NCBI GenBank assembly: GCA_028534125.1
Contig: JAPYYK010000098.1
Location: 1,178,001-1,242,000, forward strand
From: Lama glama
Lineage: Eukaryota
Reading direction: 5' to 3'
DNA: 64,000 bases
The notes beneath the pieces are model-generated. The model saw only the letters and a list, made by a program, of their open reading frames with translations. It had not been told where the DNA came from and did not search any database. Shown one piece after another: positions 1 to 12,710 of this stretch (within the stretch, counting starts at the first letter, position 1; the number at the start of each line of letters is the position of its first letter). The position numbers were made by a program, and so were the translations under genes.

Positions 1-755
1 AAAATTTTGTGCTTCAAAGGACATTAGTTAAGAAACTGAAATGACAACGCTCATAAGACACTTGTTTCTAGGGTGTATAAAGAACCTCTACAACTCAATA
101 ATTTAAACGACTACCCAATGTGAAGTGGGCAAACGATCTGAGCAGACATTTCTCTTAAGCGGATGAAAAGCGCATGAAAAGCTACTTAACATCACCAGGG
201 AGCAGGGAAATGCAAATCAAGAGCAAGACGAGCTACCACGTCACACCTTGTAGGTTAGCTAACGTTACAAATACAGAAATACTACTTGTTGGCAAGAATG
301 TAGAGAAACTGGGCCCTCATTCGTTGCTGGAGGGAATCTAAAATGGTCCAGCTGCTTTGAAAAGAATCCGCGGTTCCTCAAACACTGAAGCATTTACACC
401 GTATGACCGAGAAATTCTACTCCAAGGTACCCAGCCAAGGGCTGAAAGCCACACATCCACACGAAAACTTGTACCTGAATGTGGTGATGGCGTTACTCAC
501 AAGAGCACATGTTGTGTGATTCCATTTATATGCGACGTCCCAAATAGGTCTACAGGGACAGACAGGCAAACCTACAGAGCGGACGCACAGGGCTGGGGCG
601 GGCGGGTGGTGGGTAGGTGAGCACTTCTTTCTAGGGTGATGAGAGTGTTCCAGAATTGACTGTAAAACTCTGGGAAGGTACTAAAAAGCACTAACTTGTA
701 CACTTTCGAAGGGTGACTTGCATGGTATGTTAATTATGTCTCACTAAAGCTGTCA
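1..755 (+). mobile_element. Old LINE-1 (L1MB/L1MC-like) ORF2 3' end and 3'UTR fragment
   Basis: Typical L1 motifs: caactcaata, agacatttctc, gggaaatgcaaatcaa, gttggcaagaatgtagagaaactgg, attccatttatatg, gtacacttt...gtatgttaattatgtctca. Confidence 0.85.
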
Positions 756-1469
756 CACGAGTAAAACTTCATTCGCTACCAAAATGGCTTCAGTTAAGGA
801 GCTGGACCGTTCCCCGCGCGTCTCCGTCGGGTCCGCTGGAGGGGGCGATGCAGGGCAGGGAAGTGCGGACCAGCCTCTCCAGGCCCCGAGGAGCCCTGAT
901 CCCTGTGCTTCTGATGGAATGGCCGTCTGAACTGTCGTGACGGATGCGGTGAGATGTGGCTCTCAGTGCCCGTGACAGACCTGGACCCCAGGACGCAGAC
1001 GCAGGTGTGGCAGCGGGCCGTTCCAGCCCAAGATGGCCGTGCTTTTAAAAACTGTGTATCAGCTGCCAAGGTTCTAAGGGCCATCCAAAGAATCTAACTT
1101 GGGGCTCCTCTGGGACAGGCCCCTCCCAGCTGCAGTTGTCTCGGGTGGAAGGCGGCAGCCACCGTCACAGTCCGGGGTGTGGGTTCTCAGGCATGCCCTA
1201 CGAATGAAGAAGCTAACACCAGAGAGGGGAGTGACTTGCCCAAGGCCACTCAGCGAGTTAGAAGCGGGGGGCCATCTTGACCTTAAACTCCAGGCTCTGT
1301 GTGTTGCTGCTCCCCACCCTGCCCGTTTCCAGTGGTTTACTGATTATTCCACAAAGCCTCCCCCTGACATGAAGGCTGCTGCGGAGGGTGCAGAAGAGAA
1401 AGGGGTGAAGGCACAGACACACCGCCCCTCATTCCCTGGCATCTGCGTCCCCTCCTCTGCACCCCTAGC

Positions 1470-1610
1470 TCTTGGCACTTTGGTACATGCTGTTCCTTCT
1501 TCCAGATACTCTTTCCTCACCTTCTTCAGACTGGCAAACTCCTATGCATGCTTCAAAATCCAATCTAAGTGGCATCTCCCTCCAGGAGCCCTCTCTGATT
1601 CCCCCAGCCC
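1470..1610 (+). mobile_element. LINE-2 fragment
   Basis: gctgttccttcttccaga...aactcctatgcatgcttcaaaatccaatct...ccaggagccctctctgattcccc resembles the L2 3' region. Confidence 0.55.
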
Positions 1611-1654
1611 ACACGGAAGCTCCTTTTAGCTTCTGAGGCTCTTCCTCCTGCTGT

Positions 1655-1845
1655 TTTTTAAAGATGGTTTCCAGTTTGGTAGGGCTGTGGGAAAATCTGC
1701 CCTAACTCTCCGTCACGGCCGGCATGACAATAGCACACACTCCTTGGAAGACAACGAGGGAATCGAACTGTCCTCCAGATTTCAAATGCACACACCCTTT
1801 GACCTGACAATGCCAAGCTTAGGAATTTATTCCACAGTAAACCCA
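1655..1845 (+). mobile_element. Old L1 (L1ME-like) fragment
   Basis: atgcacacaccctttgacctgacaatgccaagcttaggaatttat. Confidence 0.6.
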
Positions 1846-2653
1846 CTCACTGGCTCAAAGGAATCATGGAAAGCCCATTCTGCAGAAAATCTGCAGCTGG
1901 AGCCTAGGTTGGGCTCTGTGGACTGACAAGGGTGACCTTCAGAATAAAGGAAGTGATGAAAGGGAGCACGGAGCAGGAGACGTGGGCGGCTCCCGGCGGT
2001 GTGGAAGCGGGGAGGAGCACGCAGGACTGCGTGCTTGAGTAGGCACAGACCGTTCCCAGAGGGACGCGCTCCAGATAATGCTGAAGGCGGCTGCCCCTGG
2101 ACTTGTTACACCTCCTCATGTGTGTTTTACCTTTTATGAAAACAGCAGTACCCTAGGTGTGGAAAGACTGACTCGTTAGCATTTGGTAAAGTTCAGATAC
2201 TGTTTTCCATGCATATGCATTACCTATTCAGAATATAGCCATGATAATAAGTGCACTGAAAGAGAATCAAATGATCTCCAGGTATGATGTTCTCTCTGCC
2301 CGTCTCCTCTGACCTCACCGGATTCTGATCCCTGAACCTCTGCTCCCACGAACTGCCACCAAGCAGCGCTCAGGAAGCTTCTGATGAATGAGTGACCGAG
2401 GGGGGCACCCCTCACCCCTACCCGCCCTGCACCAGCACAGGTGTCCTCCCCACAGCCTGCGGGCAGGAAGGCGCCCACCCAGGGCTCCACGGGGCACCCT
2501 GAGCCCTCCCTGGCAGGAAGCAGGGGCCTCCTGGCCATGGGGGGGCTCTCCCCTCCCCCTGCACACTCTCACCCTGACCTCCAGCATCCGCCTGTCTTTA
2601 CGCTCCAGCTCACTTGGCCCTTTGTTGAAGAAGTACAGACAAGTGGTGGACAG

Positions 2654-2678
2654 TACAGACAGACAGACAGACAGACAA
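2654..2678 (+). repeat. (GACA)n microsatellite
   Basis: tacagacagacagacagacagacaa. Confidence 0.9.
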
Positions 2679-2899
2679 AAGATGGTAGAAGGAACCAGGA
2701 CTTAGAAATCCTGCTTGGCCACCAACTTGTTAATAAGCCCTGCGCCACTGTCTTCAGTTCTGAAGTGTCACTGAATTCATCTGTAAACAGAGAGACTCAC
2801 CCTCCCTTCCAGGCTGCGGTCAGGATAAGTTAAGGCGGTGGTGGGGACGTGTGCAAAGCACGTGGCTCGGGGAAGGTGCGTGTGACCTAACTCTACCTC

Positions 2900-2933
2900 G
2901 GCCCCGCTGCCTGGCCCCGCTGCCTGGCCCCGC
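2900..2933 (+). repeat. 13-bp tandem repeat, ~2.6 copies (ggccccgctgcct)
   Basis: Direct reading. Confidence 0.85.
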
Positions 2934-5683
2934 CTGGGGTTTCCTCAATGTCTGCAGAGGCCACGTTGGAACAGAGACAGCGTTAAACGATACGATTAGA
3001 AGCCTAAGTATGTATGTTCAAAGTATGAACGTGGCCACTAGAAAAACAGAGATAGAAGGCATAATTTTCAGAGCAGCGGGGGGGGAAATGGAACAAAGAG
3101 AATTCGATCAATTAAAAAATGAAACAAAATGAAATCCTGATTAATCATAATTAACATAATACGGCCAAGTAAGCCCAGAGCAGCTCTGCAGTACAATAAA
3201 GCGAACGTTTCCTGTTCCCCTATCAAAAGGCAGAGACTCCTGTAAACGTGTGTTTACAAGCATTACGGCATCTCAACAGCTCCCTGGGGGCCGGAGCCCC
3301 TGCCGGCCCCCTCCCCACCCAGCGCACCTGTCCCGATGCTCCGCGCTGCCAGTGCTCAGCGCTGGCCGTCAGGCCGCCTCGCTCGGGGGGCTGAGGAGCA
3401 CTTAGCGGCCAGTCCTGACGGGGCTGGTCGGTGACTGCAGTCACCTTATGCATCATTTGTTTCTGCACATCAGGAAGGATCTTCACCCCCAAAGGTCCTA
3501 CCTACTAGGAGCAGGTGGCTGGCTACAACGTTCTGCTTTCAGCGATGCTTAGAGCAGGTGCACACAACCCGCTGTGGGACTGAGGCCCTGCTTGGGGTCT
3601 CCTGTCCCCAGGGCAGGCTCCTGGAGCCCGTGCACACAGAACACCCTCTCAGGACTCAGGGCTGCTCTAAGTGCTCGTGGTCCGCTGTCGGCCAGACCTA
3701 TACAGAAGACGTTGATCTGCCTTTCAAAGAAGGGGAAGACAGTCAGAAAAAGGAGTCTTCAGCGTTAGATCGTCAGCACTGGAGCTTGTCGGTAACAATC
3801 CTCATTACAAATGGGGAGGCCCAGAGAGGGGGAGCGATTTGTTTGAGGACACACAGCATGTGAACGGCAACTCACCCAGTGGAACCCCAGATTGGGTCCT
3901 TCAGATGATGCGTTCAAGAGTTTCACCATCACTGGGTACACACCAAGTGCAGAGTTGAATTTTTTCTTTCCTTTTTTTGGACAAAACTATTTTTCGTTTA
4001 AGAGGTTTCTTATCAAATACGCTTAGCCTGAGATGAAACTTGGTATCCGTTGCTGTCGTTACAAGGGAATCCACAAAATAAAACAGAAGGACAAAACGGT
4101 CATTTTAGTTAGAGGTGGTTGTCATTCCACACTGAGTGTTGGGCTGGTTCTTCCCAATCAGAGTCCTAGGGCGGTGAAAACGACCAGTCAGCGTGTGGGC
4201 AAGCTCCGCGTCATGCCGTCATGCTGACCGGAAACGGCCCTGGCTGTCCTCGTCACCCCATGATGTTTAAGGTGCACATCTCCTCAGACAACCTTGGGGA
4301 CTTTGTCTCAGGTGCCTCAGGGCCCCACAGGGCTTGTCCTCACCTCCCCCAGCCTCTGCCTTTCCATCTGTGAAATGGGGATAAGGACATCCGCTCCTGG
4401 TGGACGCTGGAGGCCGTGGAATTCAATGAGGTCACGGGTAAACCACCCAGCCCGGCGCCCTCCTGTGAGGGGCTGCAGTCATTGTCCCTCCACTGCCTCT
4501 GAAGGAGGGGGCGCTCACAGTCCTCCCCACGGGAGCACTGAGTGGGGTGCCACCTCATCCATCCCTCCCCTTTTACAGGTGGGGACTCCGAGGCCCTGAG
4601 ATGAGGCCCCTCCCTGAGCCGCTGGAGCAGCTGGGAACGTGTCAGGAGTGCGTGAACGTGTATGAGATGGGGGGGAGGACACACTGACATGTCAGAATGA
4701 ATGAATGTGTAATTAAATGTCCACAGAAGATAGCATTAGTCAACTAGTCAATTGCATCTCGACTCAGTGCTGTATAGTTATATATAAATTCTATTTAATG
4801 AGGCATGTGGGTGCCTTTTAATGTGTTTGATGTGACGCGGTGCGGATGTGCCCAAACGGGGCCTAGCAGGAGGCTTAAAATAGCCCCACCAGGAGAAGGA
4901 AGGGGAGGCCAAAGAGCTCTCATCCATCCATCCCTTCATTCATTCATTCTTTCATTCATTTAACAAACGCCAGGCCGGCAGAGCCCGTGTGAGGGGCCCT
5001 GATTCTGCCGAGGGGGGCGTGCTCCTCTGGGATCCTGTCCTGAACCTGGTTCTCCCCCATCTCCTGAGGACAGGGTCCCCCCTCCACACACGGGGAGACG
5101 AGGCTGAGAGAGAGCAGGGTAGGCTGAGGGCCCAGATTCACCTCGCTTGTGGCCAAGCAGGGAGGAGCCCCTGTCCTCCAGCTGTGCCTCTCCTGGAAGT
5201 GGGCGGGCCGCATCCTGGGGTGGGGGGCCTCTCCCTGCTCCTCATGAACATTCATACAGCTGACCCCGGCCTCCCCCTTCCAGAATTCTGCAAGGAAGCC
5301 CATTACAGATTCCTGTGGCCCGGCTGCATTTCTAATTAGGAGAACACGGTTGTTCTAATTTTAACATCGCTCCGTACGCCCCCGGCCGCCTCCCCTCCCT
5401 CCGTTTCTATAAGGGATATTTTCGTCTCCCAGGAGCGGGATGCAGCCCCAGCTCTCTCGTCTGTTACTTGGGATGAGTCATCTTTCGGAGAATTCTCTGA
5501 AACGTGGGTAACTCGAACCGCTTGCTAAAACGCCCACCCGTTAGCACCTGGACCAGGCTGGAGGCTGGAGCCCTGTGAACCTTGACCCTTAGAATGAAAT
5601 CCAGCTGCCTCCCCAGGCCGGCCAAGCCTCCCCAGGTTGCTGACTCATCCTCTCAACCCTCCCCTCCCCCACTGCCTCCAGCC

Positions 5684-5884
5684 TAGGATTGCCGGATGAA
5701 ACAGAGGTTCCCAGTCAAACTGGAATTTCAGATCAACAACAAACAATTTTTTAGTGTTAGTGTGTCCCAAATGTTGCATGGGACACACGTATACTAAAAA
5801 ATTATTTGCTATTTTTCTGAAATTCTAATTTCAGAAATTTAACTGCAGGCCTTATATTTTTGTTGGCTTAATCTAGCAATCCTA
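5684..5884. mobile_element. MER53-like palindromic hAT MITE with 8-bp TSD, nested in an L2
   Basis: Terminal inverted repeats TAGGATTGC...GCAATCCTA; identical flanks CTCCAGCC at 5676-5683 and 5885-5892; internal palindrome gtgtgtccca/tgggacacac. Confidence 0.88.
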
Positions 5885-5892
5885 CTCCAGCC

Positions 5893-6130
5893 CCACAGCC
5901 CCCGGGCTGTTCCACGATCAGGCTGGTAGCACTCCCACCTCAGGGCCTTCGCACGTGCTGTTCCTTCAACCTGGAAGGCTCCCACTTCTCCATCTTTGCT
6001 GATTCCGCGGCTCTGAGATCTCAGCTCAGACATCGCTGCAGAAAAGTCTTCCCCGACCACCAAACGGAAGCATGTCCCGTCTGCCATTGTCCTCTCTCCT
6101 GCCACCTTGTTTGTTTCTCTTGGCCGTAAC
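5893..6130 (+). mobile_element. LINE-2 fragment (host of the MER53 insertion)
   Basis: cctcagggccttcgcacgtgctgttccttcaacctggaaggctc, an L2-type motif. Confidence 0.65.
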
Positions 6131-6394
6131 ATTATCTCTGCAACCATGCTGTCCATTTACACTTTCCTGTCTCCCCACCATGGCGCCAGCCCCACGAGAG
6201 AAGCCGCGTCTGCCGAGCGGAGGGCCAGGCGCGTGCGTGTCTGCTGGGCGCTGCTGACTACCCACAAGCACCCCCGCAGGGGAGGGGTGACCGGGCCTTG
6301 GGCTCTGGCTGCGCCTTCGTGTGCCTGGAACCCTTCCCAGTACTTCCCACTAATTAACTCATTCAATCGCACCTCTTCAGCCTAAACGATGGAA

Positions 6395-6520
6395 GCACCA
6401 TCATTGCCTCCATTTCCCAGGTAAAGAAACTGAGGCACAGAGTTTCATCAACTTGCTCATGGTCACACAGCACATGAGAAGTGAACTCAGAACTTGAACC
6501 CAGGCCTTCTGACTCCAGAA
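6395..6520 (-). mobile_element. MIR SINE
   Basis: ccatttcccaggtaaagaaactgaggcacagag...ggtcacacagc...ttgaacccagg, the MIR core. Confidence 0.8.
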
Positions 6521-7409
6521 CTGCTTGTAGAAAACAGTGACCTGGTCACTCACTTCACTCACTCAAATGTCTATCACGGACCCACAGAAGCCCTGCTCCA
6601 GCCCCACAACCTCGACACTCTCCTGACCTCTGATACACCCTTCTCTCCCACCTCCAGTGCCCTCCAAAACACACACACAACTCTTCGTCCTCTCTCTGGT
6701 CGTCTTTGCAAGTGCTGTTCCCCCTTTCTGGGAACCTTTCCCTCTTTCCCTTGTCCACCAGGAAGACCTTTTACTACTCCATCAAGATGGCCGAGCAAGC
6801 ATCCCCTCTTCCAGGCAGCCCTCCCTGACCACCTCCTCCCCTACACTCAGCCGGGGCCTCTTCCCAGCTCCCTCAGGACCGCTCCTGCTCCTGTCTCCAC
6901 ATCGGACTCGAGCTCCAGAAGTGCAGGGAGAAGTCGGAATCCTCCTGGGGGCCCAGCGGCCAGTGCAGGCTGGGCTGAGAGAGTGAGAGAAGTTCAGGGT
7001 TGCGAGGCCCATCCCGCCCCTCAGCAGGACCCTCCACTGCTTTTGCCCTTTCTGTCCTCAGTGGACTCCACTGGAGCAGGGACAGCCCCAGAGTCAGGGC
7101 GGCTGGTTTAGGGAGGGACTTTCGGAAATTAAATCCAGGTTGGGATTCGGGCTCAACAACTCTTACAACCCAGCCAGGGAAAATGCATGCCCATGTGTAG
7201 GAAGCTGTCCTAGGGAGGTGGCCAGACAGGTGCCCAGCACGTACACCGAGGACGTCTAGCTCAGTGCTGCTCTTAACACGAGAGCCCCGGGACAGGCTGG
7301 GCGCTCGTCCCCCGGGGACCGGCTGGGTGACTTACGCTGCATGCCTTCCAGGCAACCGGCCTCTGCCGACAGCAGCAGCCCCCTCTGCACGCCCTGGATG
7401 GGTGTGATT

Positions 7410-7540
7410 CTTGGTTTATCTCTTTCCCCAACTAGATGTAAGCTCCCCGGAGGCAGGAAGTGACCTGTCCTGTTTCCTGATGTCAACCCGGAGCCTAGCA
7501 CAGTGCCCGGCACCCAGTAGGTGCTCAGTTGAATGATGAC
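7410..7540 (+). mobile_element. LINE-2 3' end
   Basis: actagatgtaagctcccc...gagcctagcacagtgcccggcacccagtaggtgctcagttgaatga. Confidence 0.8.
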
Positions 7541-7859
7541 TAATGGCTACAGACCATACTTACTGGCGTGGCACGGTGCCCGCGACGTGCTACATGAGCG
7601 GAGAGCACAGGCTCGCTGACATTTCAGTGAGAAAACACATATGTACAGTCAGCCCTCCTCATCCACAGAGTCTGGTATCTGAGCAGGTCCTGGAACCCAC
7701 CGCCAGTGAATACTGAGGGATGCCTGTATGAAAAAGTCTGGGGAAGACAGAACGGCAAGCTGAAAGCGGAGTGAGCAATCGGCAGAGGGTGACGGGGGGT
7801 TTCCTTTCTTGTCTCTATTTGCTACTTCAATTAGCTCCGATTACTCTGTAATGAGAAAA

Positions 7860-8000
7860 GTGCACACAAGCCACCTGGGGGTCCTGTTGAGCTGCAGGTC
7901 CTGCTCCAGCAGGTCTGGGGCGGGGCCGGGGGGGCTCAGTCCTAACAGCTCGCAGGGGAAGCCCATGCTGTTGATCTGAGGGCCGGAGTTTGAGAAGCGG
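7860..8000. mobile_element. MER5A-like hAT-Charlie fragment
   Basis: cacctggggg...tgcaggtcctgctccagcaggtctggggcggggcc...tttgagaagc. Confidence 0.6.
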
Positions 8001-8016
8001 GGCTGTGGGGTGTGAC

Positions 8017-8052
8017 GGGGGGAGGGGAGGGGGAGGGGAGGGGGAGGGGAGG
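8017..8052 (+). repeat. (GGGGA)n purine tract with G-quadruplex potential
   Basis: ggggggaggggagggggaggggagggggagggga. Confidence 0.85.
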
Positions 8053-11000
8053 AGAAAGAAGAGAAATTGCAGAAGAGGTGAGACCGCTGTCCTGAAGGAG
8101 GAGCCAGGCAGGGGAGGAGGGAGAAAGACTCACAGAAGGGACAGACCGGCCGGCCCAGGGGCTGACGGGAGCATCTGCAGCCCACAGCGGACTTGGGGTG
8201 GGAGGAGGCGGAGAGGGGTGACCAAGGCGAAGCAGCATGGCTCAGGGGTCCCACGTCAGGAGCCTCCCCTCCAGCTGAGCATCACTCCATGGTCCGTGGT
8301 CCATGGTCTCCGCGGGCCTAACCTCCCACGGCCTGGCCCGCACGTTCCGAATCAGGCAGGGAGCTGGGGGCTGCTTGCATTGCCCTTCAGAGCCTCACCG
8401 CGGCGTGTCGGTTAAGTTGGGCCGTGACCGGCAGAGGAGCTGACTGCCGGCCGGCCCAGCCCAGCTGCGATGTGGCTCTGCAGCTGAGTCAGTCTCCCTC
8501 CTGCCAAGACCAGGGCAGCCCCGGGGCTGCAGCGGTGCTCCCAGAGGGGCGGCTCCAGCCGGCAGGGGGGCCCCGGGCGTTGGATCTGCTCCTTTGCGGA
8601 ACCCTCAGCCTCTGGGGGCTGGAGCACCTGCTCAGAACTGAGAAGGGTGCTGAGGCCCAGAGAGAGGAAGGACCACTGGGCAGTCAGGACCAGAAGCAGA
8701 AGCCTGGGGGAGCCCGGTTAAAGGGCCAGGGGGCAGAGGCCAGGTGAGGGCACACGTTTTCCCCAAATACAGCCTGTCCGCTCTCCCCGGGCTGAGCAGT
8801 CATCCTGTCCGCTACCCCTGAGGGGGTCCACTCACACACACGCCTACCCCGGAGGAATGCTCATCGCCAGTCTCCAGTCGGGTCACACTCCCGCTCAGGC
8901 ACCATCCATGGCTCCCCACTGCCTCCAGGAGAGGTGTCACAGCTTTTCATCTGCTCCCTCGTAGGGTTGTGACAAAACTCTATTCTTCCATCCTCTCTAC
9001 ACTGAGCTCCACAATTTTCAAACTTTGTTTAAAGGAATGCTTTTATTAATAGGAAGTAGAACATAGCGAACATTTTCCAGAGCGAGGTACAGTGAGGACT
9101 GACCATAATTAGAATATTTTACAATAGGACTTGAGGTTTTTATTATCAAATTAAATAACCTCAGAATCTGAAATTATGTGAAATTTTACTGAATGGGTTT
9201 TATCCATTTTGTAATTGGAATGTGAGGTGCCTAAAAAAGAGTCCTGTTAGTTTGGGAAGAATTAAGTTTGCTGGCTTCTACTCTTGGGGCGTCCCAAATT
9301 CAGAACAGTTCAACCCAGCCATGCGCCCTCCTGAGGGATGTTAGGGGACTGGGAGAGAGAAGTCATCCCAAATTATCCCTCATCCCCTGGTTTGGGAACC
9401 AAAAGCTTTTTCTACCCAGAACAGTGTGCTATATCTCAGTTCCAAGTGGGTGAGGATTCAAACCCAGGCCACGAGCAGTTCCTCCCTGCTGCCCAGTACA
9501 GTCCCCATATGAGGCTGGAAGTTTCTGACCTTAGGCTCAAACTGTCCCCTCCGCCGAGATGCCCACTGTTCCCGCCCCGGTTCTGCTTCCCCGCCTCCCA
9601 GGGGCCTCCACTGAGGCTCTCAAAGGTCCCTTCCTCAAGGCCATAGCACTTCCACCCGGAGAAGGTGCTGTGAGCCCTGGCCGACTCCCTATCTGCCCAT
9701 CCAGAGACAAGCCCCATCTGACTCATCGCCCTGCCCCCCACCCGCCAGCTCCTCGGGGAGCAGGGCATTGCCAGCATCCCTTGGAGGTGATAACTGCAAC
9801 GCGACCCTCCTGGCTCAGCAAACAAAATTATCAACTTGGCAGCTGATGCGAATCTGCCTCCAAAGTGGATGCCCAGCCAACAGCCCTCGATCGTCTTCCT
9901 TTGATTTAGACCGAGAGCTCCCACTCCCCTCCCCCCACGGATGGGGACGGTCACTTCAGTGGTGCCCGAAAACTTACTGGAATGATTGCATTTACACAGG
10001 TAAACCCCCCACCTCTGCCCACCAACCCCCCACCCACTCTCCCTGGGCCTGTGGGCAGTGGGAGCAGAGAGCTGGGCTGTAGCATTTGCCTGCTTCTTCT
10101 GCATTTTAAGGTGCTTCAGTCCCAAACCTACACTTTTGAAGAGGAAAAAAAATTGCACTTTCTAGCACACTCAGCATCTTTCAGCCTCTCCTTTTATCTG
10201 TGTCCATCCCGGGCCAGTTGCCAGAGGAAAGCTGATACCTTCACATCTTTGATTACGGGTGAGCTAAAGCCAGTCTCTTCCCGTCTCTCAAATGAGGGGC
10301 TCGGAGTAGATTAGGGGGGTGATGGGCCTCCTCTCCTCTGCCGATACCAGAGGACTGGCTGCGGCTGCCAGAATGCTGCACTTGGGGGAACTCTGAGGGA
10401 GAGTCCTGCTTGAGCAGGAAGGAGCCCTGGGATGGATTAGCAATGTCTGTCAGGGCCACAGGAGCGGGGTTCGGAGTCACACGTGCCAAAATTTTACCAT
10501 TTATGAAGAAATTCAGAGTTTGAAAACTGGTGGTCTGAGGGCAGGATTTTTGGCCTATGTAAGTTGTTTTTCACATATTTCTTAAACTCCAATTTTATTA
10601 TCATGATTTATACAGTGGAAGGTTTCATCGCCCGAAAGCTGGATTTTTGGAGCCACTAGCAAACTAGACGACTTGGACCCTCTGGAGCCAAGTGCGTGAG
10701 GCCATGCACGCAGGTCGCCTGCCTCCACCCCCAGCCCCCTGGCACTGGGGGGCCACCTGCCTGGCCCGTCCCCCACATTCACGAGCCTGAGCCTGATGAC
10801 TGATTTGCTTCCGCTGAGCAGTGACGGGGACTCCAGGGAATGATGTGTCAAGGCCCCCGGAAGAGGGGGGACAGCTGCCTCCAACCACCAGGGAGACAAA
10901 GAAATGCTCACATTGATTGAACACCAATTGTTTGCTCAGCCCCCTGCTGGAGCTTTTCAATACAGGAGCTCACTAAACCCACACAGGACACAGGTGGAGC

Positions 11001-11699
11001 TCATGTGATACTTACCACTTTGCAGACAGGGAAACTGAGGTTCAGAGAGGTGACAGGAAGGGTCCAAGGGCAACGTCCCCTGGTGGTACTGGCATCTGGG
11101 CCCTGCCCGCCAGGGTCTGGGCTGCTGACTGTGGAGAAGGACGGGGCGAGGGTGGGGTGCGCTGGGGGGGCCGCAGCCCACGGCGACCCTGCCTGAGAGC
11201 GGGGATGCAATGGGGAAATGGGATTGCATTTTTCTGGTTCCTATAAAAGGTGTTTATTTGCCTTCAATAAATGCTCCCCACGTGAAGTGGTCACCTGATG
11301 AGTCTGCTAACGACATCCTCCCCTGAAGTTTATTTGCTAATTACACACCACACGAAACTTAACAAAATAATAGGCGCTCGTCAAGCCCACGGCCTGGGGC
11401 CTGCCTCGGCTCTCCTGCTTTCTCTCTCCCACAGGGAGACGCTCACCCCGTCTGGTGCTGATGCTGAGAAGCACACGGGCCCCCCGAGACTGAACTGCGG
11501 GGAGAAAGGCCCACGGACCTGCTGGCGGGGGCGGGCCTGGTGTGCTGCTCGGGTGGCGGCCCTGCCAGTCCCCTCCCTCTGGGCCCTCGGCTTTCCTGCC
11601 TGCACCATGAGGGAGTCGCACCGGATTCGTGGGTTTCAAATGTTTACTCTGGAAGCAAACTTCCTCAGACCAGATATCAACGTATACAACACCCACGTG

Positions 11700-12140
11700 T
11701 CTTAACCAAGCGCGGCCGCAGACCAGGGAGGAAAACACAACCCACAGGGCTTTGCCTTCGTGACCCGGACCCTCGGCCCCTCCGTGCACGCCTGCGGCTG
11801 CGCGGCGCCGCCCGGCCGCGGGAGGGTCTGCTCCCGCCTCTCGGTTCCAGCTTCAGACTCGGGACTCGTCCACGAGGCTGCAGAGTTGACAGTGGCACGC
11901 CCGGCCCGGCCCGGGCTCGGGGGCCGCGTGTCCCTGCCGCTCGCTGGCTCCTGGCTGTCACCCTGAGCAGGACGCGTCCCATCCGGCCCACTGGGGCGAC
12001 CAGGGGATGAGAGACGGACGGGCCCAGCCCGAGGAGGAGCAGTCCACGCTGGCTGACTCGCGTCCCTGAGACGGGGCGGCGTCTGCTACGCAGCAAGGGC
12101 CGCCCGTAGGCCAGCACAGTGGTGACACGCGAGCAGGTGT
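11700..12140. promoter_or_regulatory. CpG-rich island-like segment, intergenic
   Basis: Dense CpG by eye (gcggctgcgcggcgccgcccggccgcggg; gcccggcccggcccgggctcggg); observed/expected CpG not computed. Confidence 0.5.
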
Positions 12141-12229
12141 TTTATAGCACCCCTGCTGGAGTGACAAGGAAGAAGCAGGCAAGGAGACCTCCGCGCGGAG
12201 GACAGACAGCTCGCCAGGAAAACACGGCC

Positions 12230-12710
12230 GGCCGATAAACAAACCAGTAAGAAAGTTCCTCCCCACAGGAGTCAAAACTTCTGAAGTGAACTCACAAAGC
12301 GCTGTTTCACTCCCCAAACCAGCGGCAATACTGACACACGTGGATGGCAATGTGGCGTGCTGGCAGGGACCGGGGAGGCAATCTCCCAGCTCCGGCTGGT
12401 GGCTGTGACGACTGGTGCAGAGCTTCGGAAATTAATTTAGCAGCACGTGGCCAGATTGGTGACAGGCCCACCCTCAGCGCCAGCAGCTCCGCCGCGTGGC
12501 GTCCACCTGCGAACGCTCTGGCTGCTGGGCCCGTGGAGGCTCGGGCACGGCGGTTCCCTGCAGCCCTGCTCAGCACAGCAAACACCCCACAGCCGGGGAA
12601 GGGAGAGCAAAAAGAAGACGCAGCCGTGTGGTGGGACAGCACCCGACACCTACGAGGGAGCAGCACGCTGCTGAGCGTGACACGGGACAACCACAATCAG
12701 GTAAAACTGT
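12230..12710 (+). mobile_element. Highly GC-shifted old L1 (L1ME-like) fragment
   Basis: Motif order matches the L1 ORF2 end: gtgctggcaggga...gctggtggctgtgacgactggtgcag...aatttagcag...ccagcagctcc. Confidence 0.5.

Noticed and set aside
9436-10158. 240-aa minus-strand intergenic ORF
   Set aside because: No recognisable family and no convincing exon structure
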